A DNA stretch of 64,000 bases. It comes from an uncultured Chloroflexia bacterium. Lineage in GTDB: Bacteria > Chloroflexota > Limnocylindria > QHBO01. The notes under the pieces were generated by a model, which worked only from the letters and a program-made list of their open reading frames with translations, was not told where the DNA came from and made no database searches. Shown here one piece after another: positions 1 to 10,284 of the stretch. The stretch's first letter is position 1, and each line of letters begins with the position of its first letter. Made by a program: the position numbers and the translations under genes. Location: positions 118,224 to 182,223 of the forward strand of contig CAVZAQ010000007.1 in assembly GCA_963773405.1 (NCBI GenBank), read 5' to 3'.

Positions 1-56
1 AGCCATGCTCCGATGCTAGACGCAGCCCCGGCCAAGGACAACCGCGGAGCGAGCGA

Positions 57-1007
57 ATGAACCTTCAACCCGGTTGGACCGGTAGCGATGGCATGTCCGT
101 GCGATCGGCTCATATCCGCGTTGGTGGTACGACCCTGTTCGTCCGCGAGTGGGGCGCGGAGCGTGACCCGGACGCCGTCCCGCTGGTCTTCTGGCATGCC
201 CTTGGATCCGCGACCTCGGGCGCGTACCTGAGCGAGATCGCGCCCGACCTGGCACGTCGCCACCGGTTGCGGATCGTCGCACCCGACGCGCCGGGATTCG
301 GTCGCTCGCCCGCCATCTCCCGGGAGGGCTATGCGCTCGACGAGACGGTGGACCTGCTCGCCGCGCTCCTCGATCAGATGGCCCTCGACAGGCCGATACT
401 GGCCGGACATTCCTGGGGTGGCGTCGTCGCCAGCCTCCTGGCCGCGCGCCCCGGCATCCGGGCCAGGGGCCTGGTCCTGCTCGACAGCGGTCATCTCGAC
501 TACCCCGACGCCGCCGGCTTCGATCCCACCCTGCGCTACGAGGCGCGTGTCGAACAGCTCGCCGCGCCCTCCCGGCGGCTGCCCAGCGTGGACTGGGAGA
601 CCTTCGTGGACGACGTCCGTGCCGAGCTCCCGCGCTGGTCGCCGGCCATGGAGGAGCTCCTGCGAGGCGGGGTTGCACTCGATGGCGGACGCATCCGGGA
701 GATCCCGACCCCGCAGGTGAAGGCGGCGATCTGGGACGCGCTGGGCCACCGGCGGGTCTCGGAGGCATGGGACGGGATCGCGGAATCGGGCGCGCCCGTC
801 CTTCTGCTCACGGCAACGAAGCCCGGCGACGCCGCCAGTCTCAATGCCGAGGCCGCCGCCCGCTACGTCGCACGCGTTCCACGCACGACCTGGGTCCCCA
901 TTGACGGTGCACGCCACGACCTGCTCCTCGATGCCGGCCCCCGCGTTGCGGACGCGATCGGCCCGTGGCTCGTGGAGGCAATCGCGGAGACCACCGTCGC
1001 CGCCTGA
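57..1007 (+). CDS. alpha/beta-fold hydrolase
   Basis: 316-aa ORF with nucleophile elbow G-H-S-W-G-G (ILAGHSWGG), an upstream PLVFWHALG segment and a C-terminal DGARHDLLLD His region typical of the fold. GGAG lies upstream of the ATG. Confidence 0.85.
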   Translation: MNLQPGWTGSDGMSVRSAHIRVGGTTLFVREWGAERDPDAVPLVFWHALGSATSGAYLSEIAPDLARRHRLRIVAPDAPGFGRSPAISREGYALDETVDLLAALLDQMALDRPILAGHSWGGVVASLLAARPGIRARGLVLLDSGHLDYPDAAGFDPTLRYEARVEQLAAPSRRLPSVDWETFVDDVRAELPRWSPAMEELLRGGVALDGGRIREIPTPQVKAAIWDALGHRRVSEAWDGIAESGAPVLLLTATKPGDAASLNAEAAARYVARVPRTTWVPIDGARHDLLLDAGPRVADAIGPWLVEAIAETTVAA

Positions 1008-1124
1008 CGTGCGGGACCGCCGCAGCCTCCATCGGGCAAGGGCGGCCCGGCCTGCACCGCCATGACGAGAGGCCCTGTCCCGCTCCCCTGCGCCCGGTGA
1101 AGATCCGCGCCGGAGGTACCAACC

Positions 1125-1586
1125 ATGAGAAGCGCCATGGCGCCGTCGGCCGGCATGCGGTCCGCGGCGCGCCACCTGCCGGCAGCGGCCATCGTCACTC
1201 TCGCCGTCGCCGGCATCGTCCTGGGGCCGGCGGCCATCTTCGGCGGGTGGAACCTTGCGAGCCAGCCGGACGGCTCGGGCATGCAGATGCCCATCACCTG
1301 GCTGGAGCACTCACCGTTCACCGACTACCTGGTTCCCGGCCTGATCCTGCTGGTCGTCTTCGGCATCGGCTCGTACGTGGTCGTGGCGTTCGGGCTGCTC
1401 CGCTCGGCCATCGCGCCGTACCTGGCGTTCGCGCTCGGCGCGGGACAGCTGATCTGGATCGGCATCCAGCTCGCCATGATCCGGACCTGGCACCCGGTCA
1501 TGCACCCGCTCCTCATCGCGGTGGGTGCGGTGCTCGCGGCGGGCAAGCTACCTGTGGTGGAGGGCCTGGCAGCCTCCGGGAGCTGA
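1125..1586 (+). CDS. hypothetical polytopic membrane protein
   Basis: 153-aa ORF with about 4 hydrophobic helices. GGAGG lies 8 nt upstream of the ATG. No recognisable catalytic motif. Confidence 0.7.
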   Translation: MRSAMAPSAGMRSAARHLPAAAIVTLAVAGIVLGPAAIFGGWNLASQPDGSGMQMPITWLEHSPFTDYLVPGLILLVVFGIGSYVVVAFGLLRSAIAPYLAFALGAGQLIWIGIQLAMIRTWHPVMHPLLIAVGAVLAAGKLPVVEGLAASGS

Positions 1587-1617
1587 ACCTTTCGCGCGCG
1601 AGCCGGGTTGTCTTGGC

Positions 1618-2052
1618 ATGACCAATGCGGCGAGCGGACAGTTCGACTTCTGGGTTGGCGACTGGATCCTGAGCTGGGAGGGCGGCACGGGACGCAACCG
1701 GATCAGTGCCGTCCTGGACGGGGCGGTGATCCTCGAGGAGTTCTCGGCAGATCCCCCCGAAGAGCTGCGCGGCATGAGCGTTTCCACGGTCAGCTCCGAG
1801 ACCGGCGACTGGCGCCAGACCTGGGTCGACAACACCAGCGGCTACCTGGACTTCCGCGGCGGCCTGCGCGACGGCGAGATGATCCTGGAACGCGAAGGGT
1901 TGGCGAAGGGCGAGAAGATCCGGCAGCGGATGGTCTGGACCGACATCACTCCCGATGCCCTCACCTGGCGCTGGGAGCGCTCCGATGACCGCGGCGCGAC
2001 GTGGCGCACGCTGTGGCTGATCGGGTACCGGCGGGCGGACGCGGCCGCCTGA
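1618..2052 (+). CDS. DUF1579-like beta-barrel protein (hypothetical)
   Basis: Internal ATG of ORF 1525..2052. The sequence FDFWVGDW...WRQTWVDN...LTWRWERSDDRGATW resembles small DUF1579/lipocalin-like proteins. The start choice is uncertain. Confidence 0.55.
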   Translation: MTNAASGQFDFWVGDWILSWEGGTGRNRISAVLDGAVILEEFSADPPEELRGMSVSTVSSETGDWRQTWVDNTSGYLDFRGGLRDGEMILEREGLAKGEKIRQRMVWTDITPDALTWRWERSDDRGATWRTLWLIGYRRADAAA

Positions 2053-2073
2053 ACGTGGCCGCCGAGCGCGGCG

Positions 2074-3156
2074 TCACGCGACGCGAGGGGGGGCCAGCGT
2101 GAACGTGACCCTCGTCCCGTGCCCGGGATCGCTCGACACGCCGATCGTCCCCCCGTGGCTGGCGACCAGCTCCTGCGCGATAGGCAGGCCGAGGCCGGAT
2201 CCGCCGGATTGCGGGTCGCGATAGAAGCGCTCGAAGATGCGGGCCGCTACCTCGGGCGGCATGCCCACCCCGGTGTCCGCGACCTCGACCGCGACACCGT
2301 TGCCCTCGCGGGTCGCCGCGACCCGCACGTTGCCGGCCGCGGGAGTGTGCCGGATCGCGTTCGCGACCAGGTTGCCAATCACCTCGCGGATCCGGATGGG
2401 GTCAACCTCGAGCGCGGGTAGGTCCGGGGACGCCTCCGCCTCGAGTCGCACCCCGGCCAGCTCCGCGCTCCGCGCGTGGGCCTCGACCGCCTCCCGGACA
2501 AGCACGCCGATGTCGGTCGGCTCACGGTGCAGGGCCAGCTCACCCGCCTCCGCGAGCGCCAGCGTGCGCAGGTCGTCGACCAGCCGCGCCAGGGTGCGCG
2601 TTTCCTCCAGCAGGAGGGCCACGTGTTCCGGATCGGCCGCATAGACGCCGTCCTGCATGCCCTCCAGGTTGCCCTGGATCACAGCCAGTGGCGTGCGCAG
2701 CTCGTGGGAGACGTCGGCCAGGAGCGCACGCCGGCGATCGCTGTCGGAAGCGAGGCGCTCCGCCATCTGGTTGAATGCGCGGGCCAGCCCGCGAATCTCG
2801 CGCGCGCCGCGCTCCGGCACGCGAACTGCGTAATCCCCCGCCTCGACCCGGCTCGCCGCCTCGACCAGGTCGCCCACCGGTCCGGCCGCGCGCCGGATGG
2901 CCGCCCACCAGCAGCACGACCAGCAGGATCCCCAGAATGGCAGGGTACCAGGCGTGCGGGCCGGGGCACCAGGCCCAGGGCGCCGGCGAGCAGCCAGAAG
3001 AGCAGCGTGCCACCCCCTACCGCAGCAGGATGAGGAGCGTGACGAAGAGGGCGACGCGAAACAGGAACCGCCTGCGCCGATGAGGCCAGGGGGAACCCCT
3101 GTGCCAATCCGCCGGGGGCCAGGTCTCGCCCTCCGGCCACCACGGGGGCCGTCCAC
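2074..3156 (-). pseudogene. sensor histidine kinase (HAMP-HisKA-HATPase), N-terminal region frameshifted as assembled
   Basis: The catalytic core is in one frame: H-box SHELRTPLAVIQGNLEGM, N-box IGNLVANAIRHT and G-boxes DTGVGM/GSGLGL. The expected TM segments appear in three other frames (FLFRVALFVTLLILL, LLFWLLAGALGLV, AILGILLVVLLVGG) between about 2890 and 3110. Confidence 0.8.
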
Positions 3157-3179
3157 CTGACCAGGGTGGACGTCGACGC

Positions 3180-3855
<676 letters not shown>

Positions 3856-3918
3856 CGGTCCGCATGGTAGCCCGGCGGGCGGCATCGGCCGCGCGCCGGG
3901 CTCAGTACCGGCGGTAGC

Positions 3919-4344
3919 TCAGCTCGCCGGCGGTGTCGATCCGCCTGCAGCGCCGTCACGCTCGTGCAGCTCGCGGTGCCAACGCTCGATGGCGTCTCGC
4001 CGGTCGCCGAAGCCGCCGGCGCCGCCGGGTCCACTCCAGCCGCCGGGCCCCCGCCCATCCCAGCGATGGCGACCCCATCGGCCCCACCCGAACAGCGCGC
4101 GGAGCAGCGCGAAGACGAGGAAGATGCCCAGGATCCAGAAGAAGATCCCGAAGATCGGGAATCCCCAGCCCCAGTGAGGACCGTAGCCGTACCAGCCGTA
4201 GGCGACGGCCGGCACACCCGACGCTGTCAGCCCGGCGCCCTGCGCAACGCCCTGGTCGAGGCCCGCGTTATAGACGGTCACGCCCACGACGGCCAGGATC
4301 CCCACGATGACGACCGCGGCCAGGGCGCGCAATGCAGTTCCCAT
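3919..4344 (-). CDS. small membrane protein with Gly/Trp/Arg-rich C-terminal tail (first gene of the two-component operon)
   Basis: Internal ATG (MGTALRALAAVVIVG...) is preceded by AAGGAG. It has two TM helices followed by GWGRWGRHRWDGRGPGGW...RWHRELHERD. It lies immediately upstream of, and co-directional with, the response regulator and histidine kinase. Confidence 0.7.
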   Translation of the reverse strand: MGTALRALAAVVIVGILAVVGVTVYNAGLDQGVAQGAGLTASGVPAVAYGWYGYGPHWGWGFPIFGIFFWILGIFLVFALLRALFGWGRWGRHRWDGRGPGGWSGPGGAGGFGDRRDAIERWHRELHERDGAAGGSTPPAS

Positions 4345-4403
4345 GAACGTTCTCCTTTCGCTCGGCGTCGCTCTGCATACCACCTGTGGCGGGCGGCGCC
4401 GGG

Positions 4404-4430
4404 TTCACGGAGACGAGGATGGGCCGTGAA
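4404..4430. promoter_or_regulatory. 7-bp inverted repeat TTCACGG-N13-CCGTGAA upstream of the membrane-protein/RR/HK operon
   Basis: Perfect 7-bp arms lie 60-87 nt upstream of the 4344 start on the minus strand. Function (operator or hairpin) is not demonstrated. Confidence 0.25.
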
Positions 4431-4477
4431 TGTGCGCAGACTGTGAGTGAGGAAAGGAGACCGCGTGATCGCGCGGA

Positions 4478-4669
4478 TCAGACCTCGTAGGCGTTGGCGA
4501 TGACGAACACCTCCACGGTCGCGCGGTCCATCTGGACCTCCGGGTGCATGACGAGGAGATGCTCTCTGTAGCTGACCGTCAGGTCGTCGGTGTCCTCGCC
4601 CTCCAGGTGCGCGCCGCAGAGGCAGTCGAGACCAACGAGCTGGCTGATGGCAAGAGTGGGAACAGGCAT
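4478..4669 (-). CDS. hypothetical small protein
   Basis: 63-aa ORF with non-repetitive composition (LDCLCGAHLEGEDTDDLTVSYREHLLVMHPEVQ). The in-frame upstream sequence carries HCPVECPG but has no start codon. No family recognised. Confidence 0.35.
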   Translation of the reverse strand: MPVPTLAISQLVGLDCLCGAHLEGEDTDDLTVSYREHLLVMHPEVQMDRATVEVFVIANAYEV

Positions 4670-4947
4670 GGCGCGGATCTCCGCGAGCGGTTTTGTTTCT
4701 GTTTCGATGATCCGTCCGGGGCACTCAACCGGGCAGTGCCGAAGGTCCCGCCCCGTCGGGCTACTCGTGACGGAAAAGGAGCTGAAGCTCCACCGTCCCG
4801 GTGTCCTCGATCGAAAGCACGGCGAACGAGGTCGGCTTCTGGATGACGTAGTCGGCGAATGCGATCTGGAAGGATCCGATGCGTCTGAAGATCCGATGAA
4901 GCTGCGGCGGCGGACGACGTTCGCCGTGACCGGGTAGCCTGTGCGCG

Positions 4948-6396
4948 ATGGATGCGCACACGCTGGCCGAACGTCCCGCGCTCTCTCCGCAGGCTGCCGG
5001 GGTAGCGGCGGACCTGCGCGAGCGGTTCGGCTTCCTCCGCGATGTGGTCGCCGAGATGGAGCGCAGCGTTCCGTATGCCTCCGCGCTCGTTCGCCTTGGC
5101 TCGGGGAGCAGCGTGAACCTCCGTGACGGCGAGCAGCAGGCCAATAAGCTCGACGCGCAGAGCGGCATCGTCCTCAGTGCGTCGACCGGCTACGAGCTCG
5201 AGGAGTCAGCCAGCGACGATCTCGATCCCGCATCCGTGCGCATGGCGGCGGCAGCGCTCGTCGAGCGCGTCAGCCGCGCATCGTCCGATGGTCTCCCACC
5301 CCTGGAGATCGTCCCGGACGGACCGCCCGACGCGGACTTCGCCACTGCGATGGAGATCGATCCAACGAGCGTGCCGCTCGGCGAGCGGATCGAGCGTTTC
5401 GACACCGTCCGCCGCCAGTTGCGCAACGCCGCGCCCCGGGCGGTCGAGGCCGTCGCCGTCCATCGCGAGAGCTCGCAGGTATCGGTCTTCGTCAACCGAA
5501 TGGGGCTCGCCACCCAGCAGGTGCGGCGTGCGGCCCTGGTGCTCCAGCTGTTCGTCTCGGACGGCTCGCAGCGCCAGTTCGACTATCTCAGCCGGGCCGG
5601 CACCGGCGGCCTCGAACACCTCGAGGTGACCGATGCCGAGCTCGCCGAGTGCGCCACGACCGCCGAGGCCCTCCTTGACGCGAAACCCGCGCCACCCGGC
5701 GAGCACGCGGTGGTCCTCGACCCACACACCAGCGGGATCGTGGCCCACGAGTCGTTCGGGCACGGGGTCGAGACCGACATGTTCCTCAAGGGCCGGGCTC
5801 GCGCCGCGGAGTACGTTGGGCGGCGTGTTGGCTCGGACGTGGTGACGATCATGGACGACCCCACCGTCCCGGGCGCCTACGGGTCGTACTTCATGGACGA
5901 CGAGGGTCAGCTCGCCACGCCCACCACCATCGTCCGAGACGGCATCTTCCAGCGCGGCATCAGCGACCTGTACTCGGCAACCCGCCTTGGAATCCCGCGA
6001 TCGGCGAACGGCCGCCGCGAGTCCGTCCAGCGCAAGGCGTATGCGCGGATGTCGAACACGTTCATCGCGCCCGGCGATCGCACGCCCGAAGAGCTCATCG
6101 GCGAGCTCGATGATGGGCTCGTCATCCTCCAGCCGCTGAACGGCATGGAGGATCCGAAGGGCTGGGGCATCCAGATCTGGACGCACTATGCGAGGGAGAT
6201 CCGGCACGGCCGTCCCACCGGGGTGCTGTACTCGCCCATCGCGCTCACCGGCTACGTCCCCGACCTCCTCTCCGCGGTGACCGGCGCCTCGACCGGGATC
6301 AAGTTCAGCGCAGGCACCTGCGGCAAGGGATGGAAGGAGTTCGTCCCGGTGAGCTCGGGCGGCCCCTATCTGCGCACACGCTGCCGTATCGCGTGA
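4948..6396 (+). CDS. tldD: TldD-family metalloprotease
   Basis: 482-aa intact ORF with the HExxxH motif (VAHESFGHGVETD) and a C-terminal GxC...GG region (CGKGWKEFVPVSSGGP) typical of TldD. Confidence 0.9.
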   Translation: MDAHTLAERPALSPQAAGVAADLRERFGFLRDVVAEMERSVPYASALVRLGSGSSVNLRDGEQQANKLDAQSGIVLSASTGYELEESASDDLDPASVRMAAAALVERVSRASSDGLPPLEIVPDGPPDADFATAMEIDPTSVPLGERIERFDTVRRQLRNAAPRAVEAVAVHRESSQVSVFVNRMGLATQQVRRAALVLQLFVSDGSQRQFDYLSRAGTGGLEHLEVTDAELAECATTAEALLDAKPAPPGEHAVVLDPHTSGIVAHESFGHGVETDMFLKGRARAAEYVGRRVGSDVVTIMDDPTVPGAYGSYFMDDEGQLATPTTIVRDGIFQRGISDLYSATRLGIPRSANGRRESVQRKAYARMSNTFIAPGDRTPEELIGELDDGLVILQPLNGMEDPKGWGIQIWTHYAREIRHGRPTGVLYSPIALTGYVPDLLSAVTGASTGIKFSAGTCGKGWKEFVPVSSGGPYLRTRCRIA

Positions 6397-7752
6397 TGAC
6401 CATGGACCGCCGCATCCTCGACGCCCTCGAGCGCCACCCCGACGTCACGGACTGGACCGTCCGGCGCCAGCACGCGGCTGGCGCCCAGGTGTACGTCACG
6501 GCCGGCACCCTCGAATCTGTCAGGCGGGTGGGTCGCGAGGCGTACGCGGTCGACGTGTACTGCGACCACCAGGTGGATGGCGAGCTGATGCGAGGCTCGG
6601 TGACCATCCCGGTGGGTCGCGACGAGCTCGCCGGATTCGATCACGCGCTCGCCGAGGCTGTGGTCATGGCCGGCCTCATCGACAACCGGCCGTGGCCGCT
6701 TCCCGAGCCCTGGCCCATCCCGGGGTGACCCTCGCCGATCCAGTGCTGCGGAGCCCGGAGGACGCCATGGCGTCCGCGCGTGCGGCGGTGGACCTGATCC
6801 AGGACCGCTGCAGTGGCGATCAGCAGATCCGGCTCAGCGCCGCAGAGCTGTTCCTCAGCGCCGTCGACGAGGAGATCGTCAACAGCCGCGGCCTGCGCGC
6901 CGAGGGACGTTCGACGAGCGCGCTCCTCGAGCTGGTCCTCCTTGCGCAGGGCGATGGCGAAGAGGTCGAGTTCTTCCGGCACGCCGAGGCGCGTCGGCTC
7001 GAGGACCTTCGCCTCGGCCGAGCTCGTCTCCGACGGCACGCGTCTCGTCCGTGACGCGGCCCGCGCGCGGATCCCCGACGTAGCCGGGTCGGCCCGGTCG
7101 TGGTCAGCGACATGGCCCTCGACCAGCTCCTGGGGCCGGACGTGATCGGCGACACGGGCGCCATCCTGATCCAGGCCGGGGCCGCGGCGGCATATGCCGG
7201 GCTGTCCCGGTGGGAGCTGGGCGAATCGGTGTTCTGGGGCAGGGAGCCGACCGGCGATCCGCTGCACCGTCCGGTCGAACGCGCGTCGCGCCTTTGGTGT
7301 CCTGGCCTACGAGTTCGACGAGGACGGCGTGCCCGGCCCAGGACCTGGCCGTGATCGAGGACGGCATCCTGCGCGCCCGCCCGGCGCCACGCAGCGCTAT
7401 GCCCACTACCTGGACCTGCCCGCCACGGGACGCCCCGGCGTCCCGGAGATCGCCCCCGGCCCGACCTCGTTCGCCGACCTCCTCGCGGGAGACGGGGCGG
7501 TCATCCACGTCGTCGCCTTCTCCTCGGCAAACGTCGAGGACCTCACCGGCAGACTTCGGGATGGAGATCCGCGTCGGATACGAGGTCGGGCCGGCAGGGA
7601 CCGTCCCGATCAAGGGCGGCTCCGTGACCGGGAATCTGTTCGAGGCACTCGCCGCCGCGCGGTTCTCGTCCGAGACGGGCGAGGACTCCGGATACGCCGG
7701 CCCGCGCGCCATCCGGTTCGAGGGGCTGCAGGTCACGGGCGCCGACGGCTGA
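6393..7752 (+). pseudogene. pmbA: PmbA/TldE-family partner of TldD, multiple frame changes as assembled
   Basis: The start overlaps the tldD stop (GTGATG). Protein-like segments run through at least four ORF-track frames (6330..6728, 6692..7054, 7100..7354, 7194..7997, 7210..7752) and end ...AIRFEGLQVTGADG. The order of segments is colinear with TldE-type proteins. Confidence 0.7.
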
Positions 7753-7838
7753 GACGGGCGCCCAGGCTGGCATGCCGGCTGCTCTATCCGGACGGCATGA
7801 GGGACCAAGGACCGCAACGCCCCGCTCCAGGATCGGCA

Positions 7839-7997
7839 ATGGATCTCCAGAGCATCGAGGCGAGGCGCGAGCGCACCATCTCGTCCGAGCGCCAGCTGCT
7901 CACGCATCCCCTTTTCGGCGTCGGTGCCGCTCGCGTGATGGTTCGTGCCCGCGCCGAGATCAACCGCATCCGGCGCATCCGCAGCACGCGGCACTGA
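7839..7997 (+). CDS. possible small basic protein (hypothetical)
   Basis: ATG inside ORF 7194..7997 gives MDLQSIEARRERTISSERQLLTHPLF...RIRRIRSTRH. AGGA lies upstream. There is no family match and the coding status is uncertain. Confidence 0.2.
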   Translation: MDLQSIEARRERTISSERQLLTHPLFGVGAARVMVRARAEINRIRRIRSTRH

Positions 7998-8065
7998 GGC
8001 CGCATCGGCCCCCAGGACGCTCCGCCCCATGGGCGCGGTGAATCCGCGGTGGTACGCTCCGCTCC

Positions 8066-8335
8066 ATGGCCAAGGGAGACCGCGTCGAGGCGGTCGTCGA
8101 CACCGGTCAGGGGACGCAGACCTTCGTGATCGAGGCGACCCGCGCAGGGCGCCGGATCGAGGTGACGACCAGCCGTGGCGTGGTGGAGGTCAGCGAGGTG
8201 ACCCGCGGCGGCACGCCGGTCCGCACCGGACGCTTCATGTCCAGCCGGCTCATCGCGCTGGTCGAGCACCCCGCGCACGAGAACGAGGCGAAGGTCGAGG
8301 TCTCCACCCGTCGGCGCATCACGACCCAGGGATGA
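8066..8335 (+). CDS. hypothetical small protein
   Basis: 89-aa ORF with balanced, beta-strand-like composition (VEAVVDTGQGTQTFVIEATRAGRRIEVTTSRGVVEVSEV). No recognised family. Confidence 0.45.
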   Translation: MAKGDRVEAVVDTGQGTQTFVIEATRAGRRIEVTTSRGVVEVSEVTRGGTPVRTGRFMSSRLIALVEHPAHENEAKVEVSTRRRITTQG

Positions 8336-8387
8336 CGAAGCGCCCGCCCCGACCGGGAGCGGGCGCCTCCATCGGTCCTCGAACCGC

Positions 8388-9164
8388 TCAGATCGATCGC
8401 TGGTACGAGCGGAAGGCCCGGGTCCCGAACCAGGTGGCAAGGATGGCCACCGCCACCAGCCCGCCCATTCGCGGCAGGACGAAGGACCAATCCGGATTCG
8501 CGGTGAGCGCCTCCCGCCCCGCCTCGACCGCCCAGTTCACCGGGTTGAACCTCGCGATGTCCGCCACCCAGGCCGGCACCAGGTTCAGCGGCATGAACGC
8601 CGCAGACAGGAACGTGAGCGGCATGGTGAGCAGGGTGTTGATCCCGATGACCGACTCCCGCTGGCGCAGCATGAGCGCCATGGCGTCCGAGACCGCGGCC
8701 ACGGTGGCTCCGACGAGCATGGCGCACACGGTGAGCGCCCCGAACCCGAGCAGCCCGCCCTCGAACCGGGCGCCGAGCAGCCACGCCAGCCCGCCGATGA
8801 GCAGCGCCTGCACGCCCAGCGCGACCAGCTCGTAGACGTTGAGGCCGGCGATGAGGGCGCTGCGGTGGATGGGCGTCGTCAGGAAGCGGTCCATGATCGA
8901 CCGATCCAGGTCCTCGATGATGGACATCCCGCTCCAGCCGCAGCCGAACAGGGCGGTCATCACCAGCACACCGGGCACGAGATAGTCGAGGTACGTGGCC
9001 GACGTCGAGAAACCCGGGATCTCGGCCACGCTGCGGAACAGCGCGCCGAACAGGAGCAGCCAGATGATCGGCTGGATGATGGCCATCATCACGAACCACG
9101 GCTGTCGCCACATGTAGCGCAGATGCCGGGTGGTGACGTAGGCGGTCTGGGAAATAGCAGTCAT
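8388..9164 (-). CDS. ABC-2 type exporter permease (DrrB-like)
   Basis: Internal ATG (MTAISQTAYVTTRHLRYMWRQPWFVMMAIIQPIIWLLLFG...) overlaps the upstream ATPase stop (ATGA). It has six TM segments, typical of the ABC-2 family. Confidence 0.85.
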   Translation of the reverse strand: MTAISQTAYVTTRHLRYMWRQPWFVMMAIIQPIIWLLLFGALFRSVAEIPGFSTSATYLDYLVPGVLVMTALFGCGWSGMSIIEDLDRSIMDRFLTTPIHRSALIAGLNVYELVALGVQALLIGGLAWLLGARFEGGLLGFGALTVCAMLVGATVAAVSDAMALMLRQRESVIGINTLLTMPLTFLSAAFMPLNLVPAWVADIARFNPVNWAVEAGREALTANPDWSFVLPRMGGLVAVAILATWFGTRAFRSYQRSI

Positions 9165-10159
9165 CGGGTTGCCTCCTGGCTCTCGGCCCGGTAGGCCCGG
9201 CCGGTGTGTCGAAGATAGACGTCGTCGAGCGAAGGACGGGCGACGGTGACCGATGCCACGCCCAGGCCCGGCGGCATCGAGGGCACTGAGCACCGTGGGG
9301 ACGGCCGATCGCGCCGTGCTCGGCCCGGGCGCGCAGCGTCCGGCCGTCCGCCATCGGCTCGCTCAGCCCGCGAACGCCGGCAAGGACGCGCGGTGGCGTC
9401 GCCGTTGCGGGCGGGCTCGCGGAGCTCGACGACGATCGCGTCGCCGTGGAGCTCCGCCTTGAGCTCCTCGGGCGTCCCGGTGGCCACGATCCGGCCCTGG
9501 TCCACGATCGCCAGGCGCCGGGCAAGGCGATCGGCTTCCTCGAGGTAGTGGGTGGTCAGCAGGATGGAGAGCCCGTCCTCGCGGGTCAGGCGCCCGATCT
9601 CCGCCCACAGCTCGGCGCGCGCCTCCGGGTCCAGACCGGTGGTGGGCTCATCGAGGAACAGCACGCTGGGCCGATGGACCAGGCCCATCGCCACGTCGAG
9701 CTTGCGCTGCATGCCGCCGGAGTAGGTCCGCACGATGCGGTCTGCCGCCTCGTGCAGGGCGAAGCGGTCGAGAAGCTCATCGATTCGGCGGGCGAGCTCG
9801 CGGCCGCCCATGCCATACACGCGTCCATGGAGGACCATGTTCTCCCGCCCGGTGGCCTCCACGTCGATGGCCGGCTTCTGGCTGACGGTGCCGATGACGC
9901 GCCGCACCCGGTCGGGCTCGCGCAGGACGTCGAAGCCGGCGACATGGGCCGTCCCCGAGTCGGGACGCGACAGGGTGGTGAGGATCTTGACGGTCGTCGA
10001 CTTCCCCGCGCCGTTGGGTCCCAGGAGGCCGAAGATGGTGCCCGGCTCGACGCTGATGCTCAGGCCGTCGAGCGCGCGAACGCCGCCGGGATAGGTCTTG
10101 ACCAGGTCGTGCGCCTCGATGGCCGGCGCGCCGGCCGCGGCACCTGGCTGGTTGGTCAT
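9161..10159 (-). CDS. ABC transporter ATP-binding protein (DrrA-like); C-terminal segment passes through two other frames and returns
   Basis: Walker A GPNGAGKST, signature YSGGMQRKL and Walker [13 protein letters not shown] are present. GAAGGAA lies upstream of the ATG. Between about 9250 and 9420 the homologous sequence is readable only by switching frames three times (net zero). Confidence 0.85.
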   Translation of the reverse strand: MTNQPGAAAGAPAIEAHDLVKTYPGGVRALDGLSISVEPGTIFGLLGPNGAGKSTTVKILTTLSRPDSGTAHVAGFDVLREPDRVRRVIGTVSQKPAIDVEATGRENMVLHGRVYGMGGRELARRIDELLDRFALHEAADRIVRTYSGGMQRKLDVAMGLVHRPSVLFLDEPTTGLDPEARAELWAEIGRLTREDGLSILLTTHYLEEADRLARRLAIVDQGRIVATGTPEELKAELHGDAIVVELREPARNGDATARPCRRSRAERADGGRPDAARPGRARRDRPSPRCSVPSMPPGLGVASVTVARPSLDDVYLRHTGRAYRAESQEATR

Positions 10160-10229
10160 TGGTCCGTTCCTTCGATTCGTTCCCCTGCATCCGCGGTCGT
10201 CGCGGTACACTGGTCGGCGATTACGCTTT

Positions 10230-10262
10230 GCCGATAAGTCTCTTAGCTGCTAAGATATCGGC
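10230..10262. promoter_or_regulatory. nested palindrome in the divergent ABC-exporter/marR promoter region (candidate MarR operator)
   Basis: Outer arms are GCCGATA...TATCGGC and inner arms are CTTAGC-T-GCTAAG (10242-10254). It lies in the unusually AT-rich spacer between starts 10159 (-) and 10285 (+). Confidence 0.4.
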
Positions 10263-10284
10263 ATCATGAGCGAATGGAAGACCG

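Noticed and set aside
4466-4504. 12-codon plus-strand mini-ORF after GAGGAAAGGAG (possible leader peptide)
   Set aside because: It overlaps the 3' end of the minus-strand small ORF. No downstream plus-strand gene begins before tldD at 4948, and no attenuator-like alternative hairpins were seen.
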